This document shows, piece by piece, positions 1 to 9,519 of a stretch of DNA of 64,000 nt. Under the pieces are notes generated by a model, which was not told the DNA's origin, ran no database searches, and saw nothing but the letters and a program-made list of their open reading frames with translations. The stretch's first letter is position 1. Every line of letters begins with the position of its first letter. The stretch comes from Promethearchaeota archaeon (GTDB lineage Archaea > Asgardarchaeota > Lokiarchaeia > Sigyniarchaeales > SOKP01), in assembly GCA_019058295.1 (NCBI GenBank), contig JAHPZI010000021.1:192001-256000 (forward strand), in the 5' to 3' direction. Made by a program: the position numbers and the translations under genes.

Positions 1-1621
1 ATAAGATCGAGTTCATGTTATTTTCTTTTCTCTTAGCAACTATATGAAACGGAATGTCAACTGTATTTTCTGTTAAAAGGATATAACACCTTCCCGACGC
101 AAATCTACCGGTTCTTCCCCGTCTCTGAATTAATCTAATTTCTGAGGGGACTGGTTCGTAAAAGATTATTGCGTCAACATTCGGAATATCTAATCCTTCT
201 TCTGCAACGCTCGTTGCGATTAATATATTTATTTTATCTTCTCTAAATTCTTGTAAAATTTCAATTTGTTTGAGTTGAGGGAAGCCAAAATCGTCTATTT
301 TCGTCGTCTGACCAATAAATTTCTCAATGACAAGATGATTTTTATATTCCTCTCTCAATTTATTTTTTAGAAACTCTGCCATTTCTCTATATTGTGTAAA
401 TATAATGATTTTTTTATTTTGAAATTCCTCTAATTCCTCTCTAATAATTGAAAACAATTTATTTATTTTAGGATGTGATAAATTTGAAAGTCCTACTTTT
501 TCAATTATGGAATTTATGAATTTATAATTCTCAGAATTTATAATTCTTTTAGCAGATAATATATCTTGATCTGCTTTATATTTCAGTTTCTCCAAAAAAG
601 ATTTAAAAAGCGAAATGTCCTGAGTCTCTAATAAATCTTTAGCGTGAAGCATAGATATGCAACTTGAGCAATAAGAAAATATGGATTGGATGTTTAATTT
701 TTTTACTTTTATAATATCTATTATTTTAGGATCATGATAATATAGATGTTTTAAGAGATCATCATCAGATATTTTAGAATCACGATAATTCCCGTATTTT
801 AAGGAATAGGTTAAATCATGGCTTATTCTCAAAAAATCTAATTTTGAATAATATTTCTTATATGGATTTATCAGGTCGCGCTCTATAAAAAATCTTAAAA
901 ATTTCTTAAATAGGTGATCCCAAACCGTACTTAATTCAATCAATTTGATGGATAATTCTATTCTTTCTAAAAATGTATCGATCTCATAAATGTAATCTTT
1001 GACATCATTATCTTCATAATACTTAAAGACTACATTTTCTATGTATAAATTATCGCATATCTGTTGGATATGTTCATAATCCTTTCCAGGGGATGCGGTT
1101 AATCCTAATATTAAAGGATCAGTGCAACTATTAATATATTCACCAGAAATAAAATAATATGCATAATTTCCTTTACAGCGATGAGCCTCGTCAAAGATTA
1201 TCAATGCTGTTTCTTTTAAATTATATCTTCCTCGTTCTATATCATTCTTAATAATCTGGGGAGTTGAAACGATAATTCGAGATTCTTTAAATAAAAGAAT
1301 ACGCTTTTCAGGGCTTATTTTTCCAGTTAAAGATACTATTTCTTCTTCATTAATTGCTAAAAATTTCTTACAAGAGCTCTTATGCTGTGAAACCAAAGGC
1401 CTAGTTGGAGCAAGTATTATCACCTTTCCCTTAGAATACCTTCTAAGTGTATTTGCCACTAACAGGATTCCAATTATCGTTTTTCCTAACCCTGTAGGCA
1501 AAATTACTAACGAATTCTTGTTCTTACATGCATGAAAAATATTATTTTGATAATGTCGGTAAAAAATCTTATTCTGCTTTAAAAAAGTACCATTAAAATA
1601 TTCGGGAAAATCAGTATGCAT
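1..1621 (-). CDS. hef: Hef/FANCM-like DEAH-box helicase (3' part runs off the window start)
   Basis: Manual translation from ATG at 1621: MHTDFPEYF...LVILPTGLGKT (Walker A), LAPTRPLV, FDEAHR, GLTASPG, ATSVAEEGLDIP, QRRGRTGR. Absent from the ORF track because it is truncated. Confidence 0.88.
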   Translation of the reverse strand, partial: MHTDFPEYFNGTFLKQNKIFYRHYQNNIFHACKNKNSLVILPTGLGKTIIGILLVANTLRRYSKGKVIILAPTRPLVSQHKSSCKKFLAINEEEIVSLTGKISPEKRILLFKESRIIVSTPQIIKNDIERGRYNLKETALIIFDEAHRCKGNYAYYFISGEYINSCTDPLILGLTASPGKDYEHIQQICDNLYIENVVFKYYEDNDVKDYIYEIDTFLERIELSIKLIELSTVWDHLFKKFLRFFIERDLINPYKKYYSKLDFLRISHDLTYSLKYGNYRDSKISDDDLLKHLYYHDPKIIDIIKVKKLNIQSIFSYCSSCISMLHAKDLLETQDISLFKSFLEKLKYKADQDILSAKRIINSENYKFINSIIEKVGLSNLSHPKINKLFSIIREELEEFQNKKIIIFTQYREMAEFLKNKLREEYKNHLVIEKFIGQTTKIDDFGFPQLKQIEILQEFREDKINILIATSVAEEGLDIPNVDAIIFYEPVPSEIRLIQRRGRTGRFASGRCYILLTENTVDIPFHIVAKRKENNMNSIL

Positions 1622-1780
1622 CTTAACTTTAATTCTTATTCAGTACTTTTAAACCCCCCTACAGTTATGAATTTTCGAAACATAATGAGAATAAAAAAAA
1701 AACATTATATGAAAATTATGAAAAAATGTGGAAATTTATGACTTCAAACACCAATTTTTTTATGAGATAGAATAAAATAA

Positions 1781-2794
1781 TTAGAAATGAAATTCTGTCC
1801 CAACAAAGCCTGATGTATGAGAAGGATGAGAGCCCATGATTTTATTAAATCCAAATCCCGTACAATGCATACCACATATTACCTCTGGATTTAGTTTTTC
1901 AAAATATTTTACCTTTTCCTCAATAACCTCAACAGGGTTCCATTCTTCGTGGAATCCACCTATTAAGGCGTAAACTTTATCCGTCCCAGTTAATTTTTGT
2001 CCATGTTTAATAGTATTTATAATGCCTGTATGCCCACAACCTGTTATCACAACTAAACCTTTATCTTTCACATTAATGTAAATTGCAGTTTCATCCCGAA
2101 AGTAATTTTTTTCAAACTCTTTTCTGCTTTTCTGGATGTAAAATCCTTTTGTTACCTCGTCTTTATCAAATAATTCAATTTCTCCGCTCGTCACGATGCC
2201 ATTGTACAATTTAACGGGTTCATTAGTTTCAATTATTTTTATATTATGCTGGTTTGCTAAATTGTGAATTAAAGTTTTATTTAACTGTGGTATCTTTCCT
2301 GATAATTTAATTTTTCCTTCGTTTTTTAATTCCTTTACTGAAGTTAACAGCTCTTCAGGTGGAAGTTCCTCCCCTGAATTAGTTATAGCCCAAAAGTTTT
2401 GCAAATAGCAATTTGGATTTAAATACATTTCACATCCTTCTTTCAATTCTGGAATTACTTTATTTAAACCACCAAAATGATCTAAATGCCCATGACTTAG
2501 GATTAATTTTTCAACATCGTTTAAATTTATATTTAACATTTGACTATTATCTATTATAGTTTGTGGTAAACCTCCAGTATCTAATAAAAAAAGATGACTT
2601 GAATCATCATCTTTTATTTCAATACTCAATGCAAATCCATGTTCCGCCTTAAATCTACTGGCTGCCGTCCCTGGTTGAATAACTTTGCCTTTAAATTTAT
2701 CTTCTGTCAAAACTGTTAAACTAACTTCATTAGTAGTTAAAACTTTCATTGTAACCTTCCCACTTTCTATCCCTTCAGAAATATCATTACTCAT
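1781..2794 (-). CDS. MBL-fold metallo-hydrolase
   Basis: AEHGFAL, LLDTG, SHGHLDHFGG, GCGHTG, GGFH and MHCTG motifs. Confidence 0.85.
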   Translation of the reverse strand: MSNDISEGIESGKVTMKVLTTNEVSLTVLTEDKFKGKVIQPGTAASRFKAEHGFALSIEIKDDDSSHLFLLDTGGLPQTIIDNSQMLNINLNDVEKLILSHGHLDHFGGLNKVIPELKEGCEMYLNPNCYLQNFWAITNSGEELPPEELLTSVKELKNEGKIKLSGKIPQLNKTLIHNLANQHNIKIIETNEPVKLYNGIVTSGEIELFDKDEVTKGFYIQKSRKEFEKNYFRDETAIYINVKDKGLVVITGCGHTGIINTIKHGQKLTGTDKVYALIGGFHEEWNPVEVIEEKVKYFEKLNPEVICGMHCTGFGFNKIMGSHPSHTSGFVGTEFHF

Positions 2795-2882
2795 TTGATC
2801 TATTCCTCATTTTAGATTTTGAATGAATATTCATTATATTAAATAAAAGTAATATTGTAAAAAAAATTTCATAAAAAGTGAT

Positions 2883-4958
2883 CTATTTTTCACGCTTTGC
2901 GAATGCATAGCTATCGTAACTTTTACCCTTCCCGAGAACTACATTTAGATTATGTCGAGCAGAAGCATTATAGGGATCTATTTCAAAAACTTTTTCAAAG
3001 CATCCGACAGCCTTATCAACTTCTTTTTTATAACCATACATAATTCCCATATTTATCAATGCGATAATGTCATTTGGAGTTTTTTCTAACAATTTTTCAT
3101 AACTCTCAAATATCATATCTAGATCTATATCAAATATCATATCTGGATTTATTTCAATTAATTTTTGAAAACTCCTCGCAGCTTTTTCGTAATTCTCTTG
3201 AATATAATAGATTTGCCCTTTATTTTTAATAGCTTCAATATATTTAGGATCCAACTTCAATGCTACGTCATAAAAAGCTATGGCTTTTTCGAATTGTTTT
3301 TGTTTAGAATTTGCATTAGCTAGCCCCACCCAGGGCTCTACTATATCTGCATTTACTTTTATTATTTCTTCGTAGCATTCAATTATTTTATCGAAATTTT
3401 GAGTTTTTTCGAAATATTTTATAGCTTTTTCGTATTCTTTTTTAGAAAAAAACGTGTCGCCTAAGCCGTTCCATGCTTCTTGATATTCTGGTTCCAGATT
3501 TATCGCTTCTTCATAGCACATAATCGCTTCATCATATTTACGTTTATGTTGCCGTATTTTACCCATGTTGACCCATATTGATGGAATATTAGGATTTAGA
3601 TTGGTGGCTCCTTCAAAATAGGAAAATGCTTTATCGTATTTTTTCTTTTTAAGATAGAGAGCCCCCCTATTATTTAAGGCATCAACATAATTTGGATTTA
3701 GCTTTAAAGCTTTATCATAAGCTTGATTTGCATTACTATAGTCTTCTTTAGCCATAAATGCATTTCCTAAGCTATTCCATGCAATTGGTTCCTTTTTGTC
3801 TAGAGTAAGTGCTTTATTATAACATTCAATCGCCTTATCATATGAATTTTTAGCAGCATATACGTTTCCCTTATGAGTCCAAATGAGTGCGCTGCTCTCT
3901 AGTTCAAGGGCTTTATCATAAGATTCGATGGCTTTATCAAAATTATTAATGGCGACATACGCAGAGCCCATGTTATTTAATGCCTTAATATTAGAAGGAT
4001 CCAATTCTATTACTTTTTCATAACAAACAATTGATTTATAGTGAAATTTTAGATAATCGTAAATAGAAGCTAAGAGCATCCAAGCTTCTTTATTTTTTTT
4101 ATCCAATTCAATGGCTTTTTGATAGAAATCAATAGATTTATCAAATTCTTCCTTCGATTGATAATAATTTCCCATATCGCACCATTCTCTTGGAGATTTT
4201 AAAGTTGATTTTCTTAATTCGAGAAAGTCTTCTAAATTCTTTCTTGCTTGGTCATTATTTGGATCTAATTCTAAGATAAATTCAATGCATTCGATTGCTT
4301 TATTATACTCTTTCTTGGCAGCAAATGTAGCAGCCATATTGTTCCAGGAATTAATATCAGTTGGTTTTAATTTAAGTATTTCCGCATAACATTTGATGAT
4401 ATTATCATAATCTTTTATTTTCTCAAAATTTTTAATGGCCTCATCATAATTTTTCTTATTTTTTTCTAAATGTCCTAAATTTTTCCATGCTTCATTAGAG
4501 TTTGGATCAATCTCTAGTGCTTTTTGAAAGCAATTAATTGCTTTACGATAAGATTTTTTATCATTCGTTTTGGAACCATATACTTTGCCCATATTGTTCC
4601 ATATATCGGGAACTTTTGGATTTAAGCTAATAGCTTTTTCAAAATATTTAATTGCTTTTACATAATGATTTTTACTGGCATAGAGATTCCCAAGAGAACT
4701 CCAAGCATGTGGATCATTATTGTCTAATTCAACTGCCCTCTCATAGTGTTTTTTTGCTAAATCAAAAATTTTTAAATGAGCGTAAGCATGTCCTAAATTT
4801 AGAATCGCAATGTAATGATTAGGATCAATCTTTAGCGCTTCTTCATAACAATCAATTGCCTTATGATATATCCCCTTTGCGGCAAAGGAAACTCCTTTAT
4901 TAGTCCATTCTTTAGCAGTGTTCAACTCGGAATTAGTAGTATTTATCATTGGAATCAT
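2883..4958 (-). CDS. Tetratricopeptide-repeat protein (691 aa, almost entirely TPR)
   Basis: Repeated W.N.G......Y..AI..Y..A....P units. Confidence 0.93.
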   Translation of the reverse strand: MIPMINTTNSELNTAKEWTNKGVSFAAKGIYHKAIDCYEEALKIDPNHYIAILNLGHAYAHLKIFDLAKKHYERAVELDNNDPHAWSSLGNLYASKNHYVKAIKYFEKAISLNPKVPDIWNNMGKVYGSKTNDKKSYRKAINCFQKALEIDPNSNEAWKNLGHLEKNKKNYDEAIKNFEKIKDYDNIIKCYAEILKLKPTDINSWNNMAATFAAKKEYNKAIECIEFILELDPNNDQARKNLEDFLELRKSTLKSPREWCDMGNYYQSKEEFDKSIDFYQKAIELDKKNKEAWMLLASIYDYLKFHYKSIVCYEKVIELDPSNIKALNNMGSAYVAINNFDKAIESYDKALELESSALIWTHKGNVYAAKNSYDKAIECYNKALTLDKKEPIAWNSLGNAFMAKEDYSNANQAYDKALKLNPNYVDALNNRGALYLKKKKYDKAFSYFEGATNLNPNIPSIWVNMGKIRQHKRKYDEAIMCYEEAINLEPEYQEAWNGLGDTFFSKKEYEKAIKYFEKTQNFDKIIECYEEIIKVNADIVEPWVGLANANSKQKQFEKAIAFYDVALKLDPKYIEAIKNKGQIYYIQENYEKAARSFQKLIEINPDMIFDIDLDMIFESYEKLLEKTPNDIIALINMGIMYGYKKEVDKAVGCFEKVFEIDPYNASARHNLNVVLGKGKSYDSYAFAKREK

Positions 4959-5159
4959 TATAATTTTAATTATTCAATAATAAACTATAAATCTATATTA
5001 AATTATGAAAATTGAAATTTAAAAGATTTTAGTTTATTAAATTAAATCCTCGATCATTTATTAGGTTAAGAAAGATGGTCTTTGAGTTAAATTGTGTTCC
5101 ACATATTTTATTATATAATTTTTGAAATGAAAGGAAATAAAATGGAATTAAAATATTAA

Positions 5160-5990
5160 TTAAGTAAGATCTACTAATTCATCTATTCTTTTTATTGAAT
5201 TTTTTATGAAATTATCGTCATTTAATATTAGTTCAATTGCTTTTTGAGGGCATATATCTACACATCGACCACATCCTCGGCATTCTTCGTTAATAACCGC
5301 TCTTTTATCAATAATTTGAATTGCATTAGCGAAACAAACGCCTTTCGTACAAGTACCACATCCTATACATTTATCAGTTACTTTTATTTCTACTCCTGGC
5401 ATCTTTTTAAGAGCATTACCTACAAATTTTACCTTTGGGGCATATCTAGTTATACAGCAACAAGGGCAACAATTGCATATTGTAAGTAGTTTACTACCTG
5501 GTCCAATTCCGAGCCATTTTGCGTCTAGTTCATTTCGACCTATTACATGTACTAATCCGGCCTCGCGACATTTTTTAAGATGCTCTAAAGCTTCTTCCTT
5601 AGTAACCAATCTCCCAAATGCAGGATTAATTCCTACTACAGGTTCACCCATAAATAGGCACCCTAATTTTCTAGGATAATCTTCACATTTCAATGATTCT
5701 CTACAGATACAAAAATTCATTATCCAATGATATTTTGCTTTATTAACGAAATATTTTACAACTTCTGAAGGTAAAACCATATCTGTTGGTTTTCCAACTT
5801 CTTGATTTATGGCGATTACTTTATCTTTTGTTAGATAAATCATCTCATCGTTCACTGTTGATTTATCAATACGCTTTTGGATAAAGGAAATTTTAGTTAA
5901 TTTTGTTAAAAAATCAGCATGGCGATAAAGTCTTTTGAGCATATTTACATATCTTACAGATCTACCAGTTTTTTTCTTACTTTTTCCCAT
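5160..5990 (-). CDS. 4Fe-4S ferredoxin-domain protein
   Basis: CICR, CNCCPCCC, CIGCGTC and CRGCGRCVDICP. Confidence 0.85.
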   Translation of the reverse strand: MGKSKKKTGRSVRYVNMLKRLYRHADFLTKLTKISFIQKRIDKSTVNDEMIYLTKDKVIAINQEVGKPTDMVLPSEVVKYFVNKAKYHWIMNFCICRESLKCEDYPRKLGCLFMGEPVVGINPAFGRLVTKEEALEHLKKCREAGLVHVIGRNELDAKWLGIGPGSKLLTICNCCPCCCITRYAPKVKFVGNALKKMPGVEIKVTDKCIGCGTCTKGVCFANAIQIIDKRAVINEECRGCGRCVDICPQKAIELILNDDNFIKNSIKRIDELVDLT

Positions 5991-6048
5991 TTTTAATCAA
6001 TATTTTATTATTATGTACTTAAAATATTATTTTATGATTAGCAAGAAT

Positions 6049-6804
6049 TTAGGTTTGATTTGAAATTTCAGAGGATTTCCATCCGCTAGATCGTCTAAAA
6101 ACAATCATTCCAACCGCAAAAGCTAATACTACTCCAGCAATCTCGTCAATTATGTAGTGCTGCTTCACAAATAATGTTGATAGCACAACTCCGACTGCTA
6201 TGATAAAAGCAATAATTGCTATAATTTTTCTCTTAAAAGTTGGATTTATTTTATAATACTGATACCAAGTGAAGAATAAAATAGTCGACATTCCAGCATG
6301 CATACTTGGTACGCAATTGAAACTTGTCTCGTGCGTATAATATAAGTACATTACATCTGCGAAAAAATTGCCTTGAATTTTATTAGACAAAAGCTCTTGT
6401 CTCCACCAGTAAGTTGATACGGGAAAAATGATATAGATAATGGTTGCGATAGCATTCATTATAACTACAGACCATCCTACACCGTAACCTTTCTCTTCAT
6501 CAAGTAAACCGAAATAGAATAAAGTTATAATTACCATTGGATAAAATAAAAAAACATAGAAAATGACCATTTCTGGAACAAATGGAATAAAATTTTCACC
6601 AAGAAAATCTAATCTATACCCTGTACCTTCAGGATATAAACTACCCGTCCAAGAGTACAAAATAAGCATTATGATAATTCCATATAAAAAAGCCATTAAA
6701 AATAAATTTCCTAAAATAAAGGTAAGTTTTCGGCTTCTTTTTGTAGATTTTCCCTTAAAAAAAACGGTTTCTACACCCTTTTGAAATTTGTCATGAATTT
6801 TTAT
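6049..6804 (-). CDS. PAP2-superfamily membrane phosphoesterase/phosphotransferase (AUR1/IPC-synthase-like); probable ATA start at 6804, first ATG at 6696
   Basis: NCVPSMHAG and QHYIIDE motifs, about 6 TM segments. Frame stays open upstream to 6810 behind AGGTGA. Confidence 0.75.
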   Translation of the reverse strand: MKIHDKFQKGVETVFFKGKSTKRSRKLTFILGNLFLMAFLYGIIIMLILYSWTGSLYPEGTGYRLDFLGENFIPFVPEMVIFYVFLFYPMVIITLFYFGLLDEEKGYGVGWSVVIMNAIATIIYIIFPVSTYWWRQELLSNKIQGNFFADVMYLYYTHETSFNCVPSMHAGMSTILFFTWYQYYKINPTFKRKIIAIIAFIIAVGVVLSTLFVKQHYIIDEIAGVVLAFAVGMIVFRRSSGWKSSEISNQT

Positions 6805-6842
6805 TGTTAATCACCTTTTATTTTTTATCTCCTAATAAACTG

Positions 6843-8561
6843 TTAAATGATTTTTTGGTATTGGAATGTTTGGTGTCCCTTTAATATTACAAATATCATA
6901 AAAATAAGAATAGTTACCGCTCCGATAAAAAATAGAATAACTAATCCTATAATAATAGTACTAAGATAAATTGGCGCATACAACAAACCAACTATGCCAT
7001 ATATAAGACAAATTACAAACATTCCGATTAAATTAAAAATTAAGATCAACCAATACAAGATACTCTTTCTTCCATCATACTCTCTTATTAACATTAAAAG
7101 ACGTATAACAGCATATATTATTAATCCTATAGTTAAAAATGATATACTTGTCTGAAAAATTAGGAGAAACAATATTTCAAGGCCATATATTAATAGAGTT
7201 AAAACAAATATTATTAACTCAATTATGAGAAAAATTATAGCCGCTGCGATAGAGATAACAAAGAGAGCAATTGTAAGCCCATCATAGAGTTTTTTAGGAA
7301 TTGGTGATAAAGTAATTGGTGGTGAATTGAATTGTCCTATATTAAATCCACAATTCATACAAAAGCGGGCATTAATCGTAACTGGCTGACCACAATTAGT
7401 GCAAAATTTAGCAGGCTTTTGTTGTGAAAATTGGGTATATTCAGAATGGTAACTATCATTAAACGATGTACATATAATATCTTCATTAACAACTATAATA
7501 CCTGTTTCGGGGCAACGATAAGTTCTTTTTGCAATTTTATTTGCTCGCCTTAAAAAGCCTAGCAGTAAAGCAAAAGACAAAGAACTTAATACTACATATA
7601 CAATAATTTGAAGGATTAGATCTAAATCTGTGCCTTGGGCGTTAATTGTATAAACGTAAAGTAGAATCCAGACGGAAGAAGTATTCCATAGAAAGTGTAT
7701 AGAAACGGGGATGAGCCAAAGAGGGATGAATCGCTTTAAAAATTTTATGAATTGACTTCCCATTGGGTGGTTCTCTTCTCCTCGCTCAAATCGAAGTCTT
7801 TCTGCTCTTCCTGCCGCAAATCCTCCAATTGAACCACCTAATATGTGGATTGGAGCCCAGTTCCTAATAGTTACCTGAAGATAAATATCAAAATAAAGAT
7901 CAAAGGCATTTCCACCATATAAAATAGTATATCCAAGATATGATATAAGTTCTATTATCTCAAATGTTATTCCTATTATCATACCGAAAAGAAATCCATT
8001 TAATTCGTTTCCAAGCATACCCTTTCCTTTTTGTTCAGAATTTCTGTTCCTCTGTAATACAATGAAAAATGCTAAGATACTGGGAAGAGATTTCAAAAAT
8101 TCTTCCCCAAGTGCGGGTGTAATCCCAATAGCACCAACATTATAGAATACTACAGCTAAAATTTCGTCTCTTGTAAAGTAATAAATACCATTTGCTGCAA
8201 GAAACCAAAGCTCCCCGATTCCCGAATTCCAATATGCTGCGAAATTAACTACACAAATCCCCATAAGGAAAAGCATTAATAAGTATTTATTACGACCACT
8301 GATTAATTTTTCACTTGGAGGATATTTTTTTGTTTTCCAAATATAAAATAATATCCATAATAGGTAGATGGTTAATGGTCCGATTATCATGTAGCTAATG
8401 ATCGTAATTAATTTTGCAGATGTAGGTATTTGATTGGATAATAAGACTAAAATCACAGTTATAGCGTAAATACCACATCCGATCATTGAAATTAACCAAA
8501 TTAATTTCTTGTGGAGGGCAAGTTTGATTTTTTCGGGTTTATAAGGATTATCACTACTCAT
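6843..8561 (-). CDS. PrsW-family intramembrane protease fused to a double zinc ribbon and extra TM helices
   Basis: GEEFLK, FEIIE, PIH and IHFLWN motifs; CTNCG...CMNCG. Confidence 0.78.
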   Translation of the reverse strand: MSSDNPYKPEKIKLALHKKLIWLISMIGCGIYAITVILVLLSNQIPTSAKLITIISYMIIGPLTIYLLWILFYIWKTKKYPPSEKLISGRNKYLLMLFLMGICVVNFAAYWNSGIGELWFLAANGIYYFTRDEILAVVFYNVGAIGITPALGEEFLKSLPSILAFFIVLQRNRNSEQKGKGMLGNELNGFLFGMIIGITFEIIELISYLGYTILYGGNAFDLYFDIYLQVTIRNWAPIHILGGSIGGFAAGRAERLRFERGEENHPMGSQFIKFLKRFIPLWLIPVSIHFLWNTSSVWILLYVYTINAQGTDLDLILQIIVYVVLSSLSFALLLGFLRRANKIAKRTYRCPETGIIVVNEDIICTSFNDSYHSEYTQFSQQKPAKFCTNCGQPVTINARFCMNCGFNIGQFNSPPITLSPIPKKLYDGLTIALFVISIAAAIIFLIIELIIFVLTLLIYGLEILFLLIFQTSISFLTIGLIIYAVIRLLMLIREYDGRKSILYWLILIFNLIGMFVICLIYGIVGLLYAPIYLSTIIIGLVILFFIGAVTILIFMIFVILKGHQTFQYQKII

Positions 8562-8728
8562 AGATAAAATCCAATTAATGAAATAATTTTCTTTTAATTT
8601 ATTTTTTATATCTTAAATTAGTTATTAGGTTTTTTTATAATAAATATATCTTTTCTTATAGGTAAATATGAATTCTAAAAAAAAGTTATTCAATATACTA
8701 CTAAAACGAGTTGGTATTAAGAATAAGG

Positions 8729-8778
8729 AAAAAAAAAAAAATTATATTATATGTTTGTTGCTTGATCTTTTAGATCAA
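8729..8778 (-). terminator. 3' hairpin and oligo-U tract downstream of the histone gene
   Basis: TTGATCT-ttt-AGATCAA at 8762-8778; A13 run at 8729-8741 (U tract on the - strand). Confidence 0.45.
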
Positions 8779-8782
8779 AAGC

Positions 8783-8998
8783 TTAGAAGTATTTAATTGC
8801 TAAAAGTATGTCATCTCTTGTGACTTTTTTCCTCTTAGCGTGTTTGGTTAATGAAAGGGCTGTTTTTGTTATTTTCTCAGCTGAGGATCCCATCCAATCA
8901 ACTAATTCGTCTACTGCATCTCGAGCAACAATAATAGCTCCATTGTGTTTCATAAGGCGTCTAATTGGACTCCAGCTGATATAATCTCTACCTGCCAT
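8783..8998 (-). CDS. Archaeal histone (HMf-like, no tail)
   Basis: PIRRLMK...VARDAV...HAKRKKVTRDDI histone-fold signature, 71 aa. Confidence 0.95.
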   Translation of the reverse strand: MAGRDYISWSPIRRLMKHNGAIIVARDAVDELVDWMGSSAEKITKTALSLTKHAKRKKVTRDDILLAIKYF

Positions 8999-9519
8999 AC
9001 TAATTCATTCCTCCACTTTTTATTTTTTTTTTATTTTAGGTTTAATTTTTATTTTAATTGTTACATAAATGAAGATCAAATATGTATTTAAAGATTTTGA
9101 TATTATCATAAATTTATGAAGAAAAAAATGAAAATGATTAAAAAATTTTGTCGGAAGATATATCAATGATCAATCTGGTGTAAGTTCGTGAGTTTCTGCC
9201 AGATTTTTAAATTTGTGAAAAAATGAATCCAGATTGCTATGATTGTTCAGAATTGTATATTAATTCACCAATTTGGCTTTAAATCAGAAAATAGAATTAA
9301 AAATAATTAAATTCCGATACGCTGATTCATGAATTTTTATAGTATCTATGAGTTAATAAAAATGATTTTGTTATAGAAAAAATATAATTCTCGAAATATT
9401 TCTATTATAGTTTACAGAAATAACTGAAATTGAAGCTAATTAAATTTTATAGATAAACAAATAGAAAACGGGTAAGCTTAATTATAAATTACAATTAATT
9501 AAAGTATTATAATTTCATA

